Shown here: piece by piece, positions 9,563-19,922 of the stretch | How the letters are laid out: every line of letters starts with the position of its first letter | How positions within the stretch are numbered: position 1 is the first letter of the stretch | Assembly: GCA_030635145.1 (NCBI GenBank) | Contig: DAOVZK010000002.1 | Coordinates: 21,119 to 85,118 of the forward strand | DNA: 64,000 bases | Reading direction: 5' to 3' | Source of the DNA: Planctomycetota bacterium | GTDB lineage: Bacteria; Planctomycetota; Phycisphaerae; SM23-33 | The notes under the pieces: model-generated | Seen by the model: only the letters and a program-made list of their open reading frames with translations | Told to the model about the DNA's origin: nothing | The model's database searches: none | Made by a program: the position numbers and the translations under genes

Positions 9563-9665
9563 ATACGGTAAATGACCATCCCACATTTTCAATAGACTCT
9601 TGATTCTCGCTCGCAGGGGCGTATGATGCCTATCTCGATTTGTTCCCATAATTCAAGGAGCGTAA

Positions 9666-10343
9666 ATGGCCTCGTTTAAGATGAATCTTGCAACAATTGA
9701 AGGATGTCCCGACCCCAAGACCCTGTCCGATGCGATGGAAGAGTACGGGCTGCCCGACGACGAAGAGTTCGGTGTGCTTAACTGCTCACCGGGCGACCAG
9801 GCGTTGTACGGAACCATCATTCGCAAGACGAATCAGGCGATCCAGAGGCTCGACCCCGAAACCCACGACGTAGCCACGACAGCTGTCGAAAAAGTAACCG
9901 TCTATCCGTTGGGCGTGTTTACACAGCGTAAGGTTTTGGAAGTTTACGAGGGTTCGACCACCGGCATTGAGCAGGTTGGAGCGTTTTTCGCCAGTGCCCT
10001 CGCCTTACCGACCGTCGTTACTCCCATTGAGCTTGATATCGTTTCGACTATCGAGAAGCTGCAGAAAAATACCCAGCGGTTTCAGCTGCGAAGCGTGCGA
10101 ATTTCCGACTACGCACACAACTCGTACATGGCTGGGCCTTACGCGCCGAAATTCCTCGACAGCGACCACGGTGCCGACTTCCTCGCCGAATACGCAGACT
10201 TTGTCGCCTCGGCGTCGGTGCGATTTCATGGCCCGCACGGAAGAGTTACGCTGAACCTCACCCCAAAAGCTTGCTTTAGATATTCGCTTAGCAACGAGGA
10301 CGACAAACCCGCCGTCCAGGCAATACTGCGAAAGCTGATCTGA
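9666..10343 (+). CDS. hypothetical protein (no recognisable domain)
   Basis: 225-aa ORF with a strong AAGGAG RBS 6 nt upstream of the ATG, coding-like GC content, and a hairpin (ATGCTGcaagaCAGCAT) after the stop. Confidence 0.6.
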   Translation: MASFKMNLATIEGCPDPKTLSDAMEEYGLPDDEEFGVLNCSPGDQALYGTIIRKTNQAIQRLDPETHDVATTAVEKVTVYPLGVFTQRKVLEVYEGSTTGIEQVGAFFASALALPTVVTPIELDIVSTIEKLQKNTQRFQLRSVRISDYAHNSYMAGPYAPKFLDSDHGADFLAEYADFVASASVRFHGPHGRVTLNLTPKACFRYSLSNEDDKPAVQAILRKLI

Positions 10344-10528
10344 CGAAATGCTGCAAGACAGCATAAACTCGAAATACGAATATCGAAGCTCTAAATAAAT
10401 ACGAAATTCAAATCACCAAAATCTAAAACAATTGCGGATGAACAACCGGAACTTCTGTCTTTGTTTTGGAGATTAAGATTTGGGATATTCGAAATTGTTT
10501 CGCGTTTCGGATTTAGAATTTCGCAATT

Positions 10529-11451
10529 CTACCTTGGAACATCCAGCAGCGAGCTGACAGATGGATGCGATCCGTACTTTACGATCAGGGCTGACAGTAC
10601 CGCGAACGCAAGCATCACGATCCACATTCGCCTGTCGCGCAGCAACACCACGACCGGATCACCCTTCCCGCAACGCGATGTGATGAGGTAGTAGCGGAAC
10701 ATCCCGTAAACAACCAGCGGAATCGTCCAGATCATATGGGCAGAGCCGACACGCTCGATAGTCTGCGGGGCAAGGGTGTAGATACTGTAAGTGAGAATCG
10801 CCATCGACGCCGAAACGCCCAGCATATGCTCAATGAACGGCAGGTCGTAGGCGCGGAGAGCTTTTCGCGTCTGGTTCGACTCATCGGGTGAGAGGTCCTG
10901 GATTTCGCTGCGGCGTTTACCCAGCGCGATGAACAGGCAGATCGTAAATGTACAAACGACTAACCACGGGCTGATAGGAACGGTAATTGCAGCTGCCCCG
11001 GCAACGGCCCGGATGACAAAACCCAACGCCACGATGATAACGTCGAGAATTACTACCGACTTTAATCGCAACGAGTACAGCAGGTTCAGCACCAGATACG
11101 CAGCTGCCCAAACCAGCACCCCAACCCGCTGAAACATCACGTCACATCCATAATTCGCCCACGTAACCCAACCCGCCAATCCCAAACCGGCAGCGATGAG
11201 GAAAATTGCAGCGATAGCGGCGGTGATTGGTGACAATCGTCCTGATGCGATAGGTCTGCTGCATTTGGAGGGATGGGCGGCGTCGGCCTTTCGGTCGGCG
11301 ATATCGTTTATGAGGTATACGGCGCTGGACAGCAGGCAGAAACTCGCGAAGGCTGCGAGGCATCGCACCCAGGCCCAGGGGTAAATGAATTGTCCCGAAA
11401 ACAGAATCGGTGCGACGACGAAGGCGTTCTTGATCCAGTGCGGAATCCGCA
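10529..11451 (-). CDS. UbiA-family prenyltransferase, decaprenyl-phosphate phosphoribosyltransferase-like
   Basis: Start MRIPHWIKN (DPPR-synthase-like), the NDIADRKAD Asp-rich motif and ~8 TM helices. The ORF-track start at 11593 adds an unlikely 47-aa extension. Coordinates around the start are ±2 nt. Confidence 0.75.
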
Positions 11452-11715
11452 TCGTCTTAAGAATCGCCCCAAGTCCGGTGGGGCTGGGGGTTTCAGAGAT
11501 AATTTTGTCAGCCAATAGATTTTCCTTTCCGGTTTTCCGGCAGAATTTTCGGTAAAACACCTTCGCCAAAACCGACTCTATTCTTATCGTCATATTTGGG
11601 TAATTGTTTTAGCTGTGAAAATATAATTACGCTAATACAGAAAAATCACATCCAACAAGTTGCTTTTCTTAATCCAAATAAAATTAGGATTTGATGAAAA
11701 ATTTCCGAATTTCTA

Positions 11716-11744
11716 TTGACCTATTCTTCCTTTAGCCCTAATAT
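11716..11744 (+). promoter_or_regulatory. sigma70-like promoter (TTGACC-N17-TAATAT) directing a leaderless transcript
   Basis: -35 TTGACC at 11716-11721, 17-bp spacer, -10 TAATAT at 11739-11744. The ATG at 11752 lies ~7 nt downstream with no RBS, so the mRNA is leaderless. Confidence 0.45.
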
Positions 11745-11751
11745 ATGCAAC

Positions 11752-12123
11752 ATGAAGAAAACACTGATATCAAAACTGTGCCCGTCTTGCAATTTGCCGA
11801 TGCAAACGGCAGCCATGGCCTGCAGCTCCTGTCAGGTCAAAATTGAAGGTAGTTTTAGTGAGAATTTTTTTGATCGGCTCACTCCTGAAGATCAGCAATT
11901 CCTCGAAGAATATCTATTGGCTGGTTTTAGTATAAAAACTTTAGAGCAGACCAGTTCACTTGGATACGCAGCAATACGTTCACGATTAGATAAATTAATT
12001 ACTAACTACAAAAATCTCAAAAAGATGGATGCGCAGAAAAAAGCTATCCTGGAACAATTGCGCGAAAATCAAATTACCGTAATGCAGGCAAAAGGTAAAC
12101 TCGAAAAACTTTCAAGGGAGTAA
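11752..12123 (+). CDS. DUF2089-like protein (N-terminal zinc ribbon plus HTH)
   Basis: CPSCNLPMQ...CSSCQ zinc-ribbon followed by a helix-turn-helix-like segment. Low GC (~37%). The ORF-track TTG start at 11716 lies inside the -35 box and is rejected. Confidence 0.65.
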   Translation: MKKTLISKLCPSCNLPMQTAAMACSSCQVKIEGSFSENFFDRLTPEDQQFLEEYLLAGFSIKTLEQTSSLGYAAIRSRLDKLITNYKNLKKMDAQKKAILEQLRENQITVMQAKGKLEKLSRE

Positions 12124-12126
12124 AAT

Positions 12127-12540
12127 ATGGAAAATTTATCAGCAATTTCATCAGAAGAAGAATTAACGAAACTTCGTGAGGAAGGAAAAGTCAGTCAGGC
12201 TGAATACGAAGAACTTCATGCGGCTATGGCTAAACAGTCAGATGAAAAAATACCTTTAGAAGCCGATAAACCCAAATCAAAAGACAAGCTTGGCAAGTTG
12301 GCACTAATATTGATGCTGACAGGATTTGTTTTGCACGCAGTTTTATGGTGGTTCGTAGATTCTGCCGCTCAAGGCCGTAGTCCAAACCTTGCGGCCCCTA
12401 AACCTTGGTTTTTTCTCGGTGTTGCTTTTGAAATATCGGCATTTGTATTAGGCATTATTGCATGGTCAAGTGCATTTGGAAAAGCGGTAGTAGTTACTAT
12501 TGCATTTATCCTTGTTCTTCTTGTTCTTTTTACTTCATGA
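12127..12540 (+). CDS. membrane protein with an N-terminal SHOCT-like motif and 3 TM helices
   Basis: EEELTKLREEGKVSQAEYEEL (SHOCT-like) then hydrophobic helices. It starts 4 nt after the DUF2089 gene, has low GC, and DUF2089 genes are typically paired with a downstream membrane partner. Confidence 0.6.
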   Translation: MENLSAISSEEELTKLREEGKVSQAEYEELHAAMAKQSDEKIPLEADKPKSKDKLGKLALILMLTGFVLHAVLWWFVDSAAQGRSPNLAAPKPWFFLGVAFEISAFVLGIIAWSSAFGKAVVVTIAFILVLLVLFTS

Positions 12541-12670
12541 ATATTATAGGGAACCGCGGACGACTATTTTGTTTGTTGCCTCAGCCGACGCATTTGTTTA
12601 CAATTTGAGCACAATCAAGGTTTTATGTAGGTTGAGGGGCTTAGCTGGGCGGGCCTGACGCGGGAAAAAT

Positions 12671-12686
12671 ATCGACACCTGTCGAT
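12671..12686. promoter_or_regulatory. perfect 7-2-7 palindrome ATCGACAccTGTCGAT, candidate operator ~100 bp upstream of the giant gene
   Basis: Dyad symmetry read directly in the sequence. Its position is consistent with a repressor or activator site. Confidence 0.3.
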
Positions 12687-12787
12687 CAAAAATGGGTTGT
12701 ATTCGTAATGATTGGAAAAGGACGTAATTTTGTGCGAACTATTTGCAATGTGGAGTGTCCAAGGGAGGAGTTAAACGAATAATTCCA

Positions 12788-15700
12788 GTGAAACAGATCA
12801 ACAAAGGACAATTTCGTAACCGCCTGGGGTTTACTCTGGGATTTTTTACCATTGCTGCGATAGTTCTGCAGTATGCGGGTTCTGCTGCGCTGGGCGCCCC
12901 TGTAAAAATCTCGCGATCCGGAAAATCTACAACCAACGGCCCGGCGGCGTTGGTACGGTGCGACTACGAACTATGCGATTTTCTCAAGAAGGCCCAAAAG
13001 CACATCACCAAAAAGGAATATCCCCAAGCCGTCAAAATTCTCCAGGCCCTGATCGAAAAACCAGACTCCGGATTCGCACCCCGTAAAGATGGAAACAACC
13101 AGCGATTCGTCTCCCTGCGATCCGAGGCCGTCCGATTACTCGGAACAATTCCGCCCGAGCACCTCGAAGGTTACCGCCGCCTCTACGACTCCAAGGCCCG
13201 CAGCAAATTCAAAAAAGCCCTGCAAACCGGAAACATCCCCGCACTGAAGCAAGTCGCCGAAATCTACGCTCTTACAAGCGTCGGGCCGATAGCTATCGAG
13301 CGGCTTGGCGAGATGGAATTCGACCGTGGGGGGTTCACCCAGTCAGCTGCATACTGGATGCAACTCTTGGAAATTACCAGCGGCACCGAAAAACCCCCGC
13401 TGTTGCTGCTGAAAATCGCAGTCGCCAGCCATCTCGCCGGGCTTGACTCCCAAAGTAAAACCTTCGCCGACAAACTCCGCAAAAATCATCCCGACGCCAC
13501 AGCTGTTCTCGGTGGGCGACAGCAGAAGCTTGTGGAGTTTCTCGATGCGATGTTGAAAATTCCGGCCAAGTCGGCCTCGACAGTACCCTCCCTCAGCAAT
13601 TCGTATCCCGGTTGGGGCGGCATTCCTAACGGGTTGGGCACGATGAATGACTGCAGCGTGTTGATGCTGCCAAAGTGGAAATACCCCGCGGGGCAACCCA
13701 AGGGGAAAAACATCTACAACAAGCTCATTCCGCAGTTTGGGTTATCATCTCTCGACAGCAGTGGTTACCACGGGCGTGGAGATTCAAACGACATGCGGGC
13801 CGAGCTGATTGGCGGGAATATCCTCCTCGGGTTCGGTAAAAAACGTGTCAGCAGGAAAAAATCAATAATTCTTCCCGCGATTCTCAAACCCGTATTAGTT
13901 GACGACGCCATCATTTACCGTGATGACAATCGCGTGGTTGCACTGGACATCTTCACCGGGGAGTTGCAGTGGAAGTCGCCCAAACTGCCAATGGAAGCAA
14001 CCATCGAAGGCGACTCGAATAACTACTATTATTACGGGGGAAACTTCACGGAAACGGGTCGGTATGCATTAACTGCAGGCGGGGGTAAGGTTTTTACCAT
14101 CTACGGATTCGCTCCGCAGGTTTTTTCTCACAACCGCGGACAGAAAATCGAGAATTCGTCATCGCTGGCGGCCGTCTCGACGAAAGCTCAGGGCAAGCTG
14201 CTTTGGCAGATCGGACGAGGCGGACCTAAGGGCAACGAGCTTGCGGGGTTTACCTTCGTGTCTTTACCCAGATATGTCGCAGCTGGCAAAAACAACGACG
14301 AGAAGCTGTATACAGTCGCGGCAAACTCCGAGGCCTTCTACCTGATCGCACTGAACGCGAATACGGGTAAGGTTATATGGAAAACCGTCATCTCGCAAAT
14401 ACCCGTAAATTCGGGTGGGCATTTCCGCGGCCCGTGGGGCAGAGGCGGCCAGCAAACGTTCGCCGGAACCCCGCCGGTTTACCACGACAACCAAGTGCTG
14501 GTCGCCACTAACGCCGGAATCATCGCAGCTGTCGACGCTGCCACCGGACAACCAGTATGGGCATACCAATACGAAAAAAAATCTCCAAACATTCGGCGCC
14601 ATGGAGGCCGAAATCGCTCCACTTCCATCCATTCGCAGTTAAACCCGCTGATCGTAACGCATGGACAGGTCATCGCGCTCCCAGCTGACCATTCTGACGT
14701 GATATCCCTGTCAGTCATCGACGGTTCACCAATCTGGAAAGCACCCAGCGTAGGAATGTCGCAGCTGACCGCCATCGATGCCGGCCGCATTTGCCTCAGC
14801 GGAAAAAAACTCAAAATTCTCAACGCCAAAGACGGAAAAGAACTTTTTAAAAGCGACACCATCAAAAGCCCCGCGGCGCATCCTCTTGTAACGCCCACGC
14901 AAATCATCACCTGCGGGGAAGGGACGCTGACGAGTGTCTCGCTGAAAGATTATAGCACTGCGGTGATGGGCACGGTCGAGGGCGACGGTTTACTGGGAAC
15001 GCTGATAAGCACGGGGCAAACACTGATCGCGGCAAACGCGTCGGGTGTTTGCGGGTATTTCGGTTTCGACAGCGGATTCGCCGAACTCTCCAAACGCATG
15101 AAAAACGCCACGCCTCTCGAACAAATCAAACTGCTGATGCAGCGAGCATCACTTTGCGATTCAGCAAAAATGCACGACAAAGCTTTGGGCAACCTGCTTG
15201 AGGCGCAAAAACTCATCGCAACCATTCCCGATGAAGAGCCAAAGGAAAAACTCGACGCGAAACTGCTCCGCCGATTGATGAACGCGTATATCAGCAACGC
15301 CAACCGCGCCGCGGGACCAAACGCCGTGGAAGAAATGCTGGAGAATTTCAAAACCGCAGAAAAATTTGCCGCCACCCCCGAAGAAAAAGCAACCATGCAG
15401 CTGCGAATAGCAAAGTACTACGAGTGGATCGGCAATCTCGAAAAATCAATCGATGCGGCGAATCTGTTGATTAAAAATTATCCGACCGTTAAGGTTGCAG
15501 ATGTACCTATCGGGCAGAAGGGGGTGGGATTTCGCGCGGCGTCGGGAATATCCAAAACCGGGGAACAAATGGGCAATGCATTTATCGAGAGGTTGCTGCA
15601 GATTCACGGGCAGGAAATTTATACGACCTTCAACGAGCAGGCGAAAAAGGCGATGGACGCAGCGGCGGCGGAAAAAGACATCGCTGCCCTCGAAGCCGTC

Positions 15701-17434
15701 AAGACCAGCTTCCCGCACAGCAAGTGGGGCAACGAATCCATATTCCTCGCTGCCGAAATCGCCTACCGCGCCAACAACATTCCCAAGTCGACCTCGCTGC
15801 TGTGCGTTTTGGCGGGGCAGAACGATAATTCGCATCGAGTGTCGGCGGGGGTGGCGCTGGTGGCAATATACACGCAGCAGAAATGGACTCAGGCTGCCGA
15901 ACTTACTCGCGGCGAACTGGAGAACATTCCGGCCGACACGCCCGTGAAGTTTGCGAACATCAGCGGAACACTTGGCGAGGTGCTAAAGCAAATCGACGGT
16001 GGAAACGTCACACGCCCAACCACCAACCCGACAACGAAACCAGCGGACACCACCGGCGTAATTCCTCCATCGATATACACCCCGCTTAAACCGATCTTCA
16101 CACTGAAAGGTAAAAACGCCTTCATCCTCACAGATACGGACGACAAGGCGATAGAAATCGGAACGAATATCCTGATTCAAAGCGGCGACCAGACGATTCT
16201 TTTCAACCCGACAGCGGGCGATTCAAAGTCAGCTGTTGTGAAAAAGATATCCACACCCGCCACTATCGGCCAGCGTCACATCAGGGAAACCCGTTTTTAT
16301 GCCCCGCAGTTTTTGGCGCGAAAAACCGGAGGCCCCGACGACCCCCGCCAATGCAGTGTGGGTTACACCAACAAAATTCTCCTTACCAGCCATGAGGATA
16401 TCGTTCTGTTCAATGGCGCAACAGGCAAAGTTATCTGGACGAAAACAGCAAAGGAATTCGGCCTGAAAGAGTTTCGGGCCCTCCAAAGCAACTATCGCCT
16501 CTTCGTTACCGCAAACGCAGGCGAACTTATCGCAGTCAAATCAGCCGACGGGAAAATTGCGTGGAAAGCCTCGCTGGGCATCCGTATATCAAAAATCACC
16601 ATGCGCGCCGGATTTGTCATGGTTACTGGTGCATCCCGATCCGGAAGAACTCGCAAAGTATTCACAAAGGTATTTAACGGCAAAAACGGCAAGTTAGTTT
16701 ACAAGCACGAGCAAGACCACAACTCCGCTGCTTACCACGAAATAAGCAAGCAAGGTTATCTGTTCTGCAACTCCGGTGAAGGCAAACTTGAAGTGCGAGA
16801 CTTGTCGAAAAAGGGCGCACCAGTTATATGCGAAACAACTTTCAAACCAAAAACTCAGGCGTTTGGCATACGACTAACCAAGCATGACCTTGAGATATAC
16901 CCCCAGTCCAGGCGGCAGGGAGGATGCCCGAATAATTTTACGGTGTTGTTGGCTGTACCAAAATTCAGGACATTTGAGATTCCCGTCAAGCAAGACTCTG
17001 GCGTAGCAACGCCCACAAAAGTGCTGTTCGACGGTAAACACTACTTCTCGCTGAATTACACCATGCCCTCCAACCACGGCGACAAACTGAAAGTAACCAT
17101 TTGCAAATTTTCCCCGAAAAAAACCAAACCGATAATCCAAGCAGTGCTGCTACCAGAAAAACCACTGGCCAAGCAAGAGCGAATTCGATCCTGCTTTATG
17201 TCGAAGGACAGAATTTTTGTAATTGCGCGAAACTATAACGTCAAAAATGCGTCTAACTGTTACGTGATTGATAAGTCTACATGCAAGGTATTGCAAAAAA
17301 TTCCGGTGTTTCCCGCAAAACAGAAGCTTAACAAAGAGGAAAACCGGCGGCGTAGGCTTATCGGTAAAGCGGTGTGGGCAAACGGGCGATTGCTTATCGA
17401 AACTCCCGAGGGTATAACTGTTTACGGGAATTAG
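12788..17434 (+). CDS. giant secreted TPR plus PQQ-like beta-propeller repeat protein (~1548 aa)
   Basis: GTG start 17 nt downstream of a GGGAGGAG RBS gives the signal peptide KQINKGQFRNRLGFTLGFFTIAAIVLQYAGSAALGAP. PQQ/BamB-like blades repeat through the protein (ALDIFTGELQWKS, ALNANTGKVIWKT, AVDAATGQPVWAY, NAKDGKELFKS, NGATGKVIWTK, VKSADGKIAWKA) with TPR-like helical stretches between them. Confidence 0.8.
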   Translation: MKQINKGQFRNRLGFTLGFFTIAAIVLQYAGSAALGAPVKISRSGKSTTNGPAALVRCDYELCDFLKKAQKHITKKEYPQAVKILQALIEKPDSGFAPRKDGNNQRFVSLRSEAVRLLGTIPPEHLEGYRRLYDSKARSKFKKALQTGNIPALKQVAEIYALTSVGPIAIERLGEMEFDRGGFTQSAAYWMQLLEITSGTEKPPLLLLKIAVASHLAGLDSQSKTFADKLRKNHPDATAVLGGRQQKLVEFLDAMLKIPAKSASTVPSLSNSYPGWGGIPNGLGTMNDCSVLMLPKWKYPAGQPKGKNIYNKLIPQFGLSSLDSSGYHGRGDSNDMRAELIGGNILLGFGKKRVSRKKSIILPAILKPVLVDDAIIYRDDNRVVALDIFTGELQWKSPKLPMEATIEGDSNNYYYYGGNFTETGRYALTAGGGKVFTIYGFAPQVFSHNRGQKIENSSSLAAVSTKAQGKLLWQIGRGGPKGNELAGFTFVSLPRYVAAGKNNDEKLYTVAANSEAFYLIALNANTGKVIWKTVISQIPVNSGGHFRGPWGRGGQQTFAGTPPVYHDNQVLVATNAGIIAAVDAATGQPVWAYQYEKKSPNIRRHGGRNRSTSIHSQLNPLIVTHGQVIALPADHSDVISLSVIDGSPIWKAPSVGMSQLTAIDAGRICLSGKKLKILNAKDGKELFKSDTIKSPAAHPLVTPTQIITCGEGTLTSVSLKDYSTAVMGTVEGDGLLGTLISTGQTLIAANASGVCGYFGFDSGFAELSKRMKNATPLEQIKLLMQRASLCDSAKMHDKALGNLLEAQKLIATIPDEEPKEKLDAKLLRRLMNAYISNANRAAGPNAVEEMLENFKTAEKFAATPEEKATMQLRIAKYYEWIGNLEKSIDAANLLIKNYPTVKVADVPIGQKGVGFRAASGISKTGEQMGNAFIERLLQIHGQEIYTTFNEQAKKAMDAAAAEKDIAALEAVKTSFPHSKWGNESIFLAAEIAYRANNIPKSTSLLCVLAGQNDNSHRVSAGVALVAIYTQQKWTQAAELTRGELENIPADTPVKFANISGTLGEVLKQIDGGNVTRPTTNPTTKPADTTGVIPPSIYTPLKPIFTLKGKNAFILTDTDDKAIEIGTNILIQSGDQTILFNPTAGDSKSAVVKKISTPATIGQRHIRETRFYAPQFLARKTGGPDDPRQCSVGYTNKILLTSHEDIVLFNGATGKVIWTKTAKEFGLKEFRALQSNYRLFVTANAGELIAVKSADGKIAWKASLGIRISKITMRAGFVMVTGASRSGRTRKVFTKVFNGKNGKLVYKHEQDHNSAAYHEISKQGYLFCNSGEGKLEVRDLSKKGAPVICETTFKPKTQAFGIRLTKHDLEIYPQSRRQGGCPNNFTVLLAVPKFRTFEIPVKQDSGVATPTKVLFDGKHYFSLNYTMPSNHGDKLKVTICKFSPKKTKPIIQAVLLPEKPLAKQERIRSCFMSKDRIFVIARNYNVKNASNCYVIDKSTCKVLQKIPVFPAKQKLNKEENRRRRLIGKAVWANGRLLIETPEGITVYGN

Positions 17435-17438
17435 AACC

Positions 17439-18611
17439 ATGAAACAAATTGACATATCGAGATGTCTGTGCGGAGGTATTACCGTTGCGGTCGCAGCTGC
17501 GATTGTGCTGTACAGTTTACCACTGAACTACGTCTCAGCTGCCCCCACGACGATTCTCCCAAACATGGTCACTAAGAAAACCGACCAGCAGATCGAGCGC
17601 GGGTTGAAATATCTCGTGCGAACCCAGCGGCACGACGGTAGTTGGCTAAACGCGGGGGGGTACGGGTCGTATCCTGTCGTGATGACATCGTTGGCAGGGC
17701 TGGCGTTGATGGCTGGTGGGTCTACGCCCGAATCCGGACCCTACTCCAAAAACGTCGCCCGCGCACTGAACTACATTCTAAACGCCGCCGAAGGTTACGC
17801 CCAAAAAAAACCCACCAAGGACGAACAAATTCTAATCAACGCCGGTTCTTCCGGCGGGGGCGGACGCAGCATGTACGGGCACGGTTTCGGAATGCTGTTT
17901 CTCGCACAGTGCTACGGTATGGAGGGCGACAAATCCACAGATCGGAGCAAACGCCTCAAGCGAATCCTCGACGGTGCCGTCCGACTCACCGCCGCCGCGC
18001 AGTCCGACCTGGGCGCCGCTGTCAAGCACGCCGGGGGTTGGACATACTCTCCCAACGCCAAAAGCGACGAAGGATCGGTTACAGTAACGCAGCTGCAAGC
18101 TCTGCGGGCGTGTAGAAACGTCGGAATTAAAGTTCCAAAGCAGACCATCGACCGTGCGGTTTTGTACCTCAAGGCCTGCCAGCAAGACGACGGAGGCATC
18201 GCATATCAGTACAGCCGCCGCAGAGGTGGCTATAGCAGAAGCCAATCCGCCATCTCAGCCGCCGCGATTGCGTGTTTCTACTCGGCAGGGATCTACGACC
18301 GAAGAACCGGCGGGGCAGGGGCCGAAGCGAAAATGGTCGAACGCCTCGTGGACTACTGCAAAGCGAACATCACCCCCGACTCGCATAACGGGCACTACTT
18401 CTACACGCATCTTTACATGTCGCAGGGAATGTATCAACGCGGCGGGAAAGACTGGAAAAACTATTACCCCGATATTCGCGACAGGTTTCTGGAAATGCAA
18501 AGTCCCGACGGCAGCTGGAACGGCGACGGCATCGGGCCGGTATACGGCACTGCTATCGCCACGATAATTCTTCAGCTGCCCTACGGATACTTACCCATAA
18601 TGCAACGATAA
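17439..18611 (+). CDS. secreted prenyltransferase/squalene-oxidase-repeat (alpha/alpha toroid) protein
   Basis: Signal peptide. Repeated QxxDGSW/DGG motifs typical of terpenoid-cyclase/prenyltransferase alpha-alpha barrels (QRHDGSWLNAGGYGSYP, QQDDGGIAYQY, QSPDGSWNGDG). It starts 4 nt after the giant gene. Confidence 0.7.
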   Translation: MKQIDISRCLCGGITVAVAAAIVLYSLPLNYVSAAPTTILPNMVTKKTDQQIERGLKYLVRTQRHDGSWLNAGGYGSYPVVMTSLAGLALMAGGSTPESGPYSKNVARALNYILNAAEGYAQKKPTKDEQILINAGSSGGGGRSMYGHGFGMLFLAQCYGMEGDKSTDRSKRLKRILDGAVRLTAAAQSDLGAAVKHAGGWTYSPNAKSDEGSVTVTQLQALRACRNVGIKVPKQTIDRAVLYLKACQQDDGGIAYQYSRRRGGYSRSQSAISAAAIACFYSAGIYDRRTGGAGAEAKMVERLVDYCKANITPDSHNGHYFYTHLYMSQGMYQRGGKDWKNYYPDIRDRFLEMQSPDGSWNGDGIGPVYGTAIATIILQLPYGYLPIMQR

Positions 18612-18737
18612 CGAATATTTTTTTGAGGCCGCCGCGCCTCTGCAGAACAAAAGGAGATTTTTCAAATTTTGTATTAGCCGACAGCTAACATAAAATCTTT
18701 ACAACTTTGGAGTAGAAGTTTAACACAGGAGATAAAT

Positions 18738-19853
18738 GTGACATATCCCATAGACAACAGTAAATTACCCGCCGATCAGTCCACAACCACCGACGCCTCG
18801 CAGCAACCCAGCGGTGGCGACATCGCGGCCGTCGAAAAACTCACAGACGCCTACAAGAAAATTCGCGACGAAATGTCTCGGGTTATTGTCGGGCAAGACG
18901 CAGTCGTCGAACAGCTGCTGACTTGCGTGTTTGCTCGCGGGCATGCGATTTTGGAAGGTGTACCGGGATTGGCGAAAACGCTTATGGTTTCGTCGCTGGC
19001 GAAGTGCCTCGATCTGGGATTCTCGCGAATTCAGTTTACTCCCGACCTCATGCCGTCGGACATCACCGGCACCGAAGTCATCCAGGAAGACAAGTCCACC
19101 GGGCATCGCGAATTCAAATTCTTAAAAGGCCCGATCTTCCAGAACATCATCCTCGCCGACGAAATTAACCGCACGCCCCCGAAAACGCAGGCTGCACTTT
19201 TAGAGGCCATGCAGGAACGCCAAGTTTCCGTCGGTGGTAAGCAGCTGCCGATGAGCGATCCGTTCTTCGTACTGGCGACGCAAAACCCGATCGAGCAGGA
19301 AGGAACCTATCCCTTACCCGAGGCACAGCAGGACAGGTTCATGTACAAGATTTTCGTTTCGTATCCAAACTGGGACGACGAATTCGAGGTCATCCGCCAA
19401 ACAACCACGACCGAGCAAACGCAGCTGAAACCCGTGCTCGACGGTGAGACGATTCTCCAGGCCCAGCACACGATCCGCCGCGTACCCGTAGCCGACAGCG
19501 TTATCCAGTACGCCATGCGACTTGTGCGTGCGACGCGAATAAATGAATCCGACGGGCAAGGCGTACCAGAAATCGTGCGCGAGTACATCAGCTGGGGTGC
19601 AGGCCCGCGGGCGTGCCAATATCTCATACTCGGTGGAAAAGTCCGCGCGGTTCTTAACGGCCGCTTCCATGTCAGCACCGACGACATCGCCGCCGTCGCC
19701 AAACCCGTGCTGCGGCACCGCATCGTCACAAACTTCAATGCCGACGCAGAAGGCTTCGACCCCGACAAAATCATCGCCGCCCTGCTGGAATCCATCCCCG
19801 CACACGAAAGCAACATCGCGACAAATCCGCGAACGTCGAAGGCAGTGGAGTAG
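18738..19853 (+). CDS. MoxR-family AAA+ ATPase
   Basis: Walker A GVPGLAKT, Walker B ILADEINR, ~320-aa core, GTG start with an AGGAGA RBS. Confidence 0.9.
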   Translation: MTYPIDNSKLPADQSTTTDASQQPSGGDIAAVEKLTDAYKKIRDEMSRVIVGQDAVVEQLLTCVFARGHAILEGVPGLAKTLMVSSLAKCLDLGFSRIQFTPDLMPSDITGTEVIQEDKSTGHREFKFLKGPIFQNIILADEINRTPPKTQAALLEAMQERQVSVGGKQLPMSDPFFVLATQNPIEQEGTYPLPEAQQDRFMYKIFVSYPNWDDEFEVIRQTTTTEQTQLKPVLDGETILQAQHTIRRVPVADSVIQYAMRLVRATRINESDGQGVPEIVREYISWGAGPRACQYLILGGKVRAVLNGRFHVSTDDIAAVAKPVLRHRIVTNFNADAEGFDPDKIIAALLESIPAHESNIATNPRTSKAVE

Positions 19854-19922
19854 TTACGGGTGAAAAGTGATACAAGATAGCACAATGGTTAGTTATAGAT
19901 TGGCTTAAAGGCTGGTGTCATT

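Noticed and set aside
11716-11751. TTG start at 11716 for the DUF2089 gene (ORF-track coordinates)
   Set aside because: The TTG is part of a TTGACC -35 hexamer with a correctly spaced TAATAT -10. The downstream in-frame ATG at 11752 at the predicted +1 is the better start (leaderless).
12743-12787. TTG start at 12743 for the giant gene
   Set aside because: It would place the GGGAGGAG Shine-Dalgarno inside the coding region. The GTG at 12788 follows that RBS and gives a canonical signal peptide.
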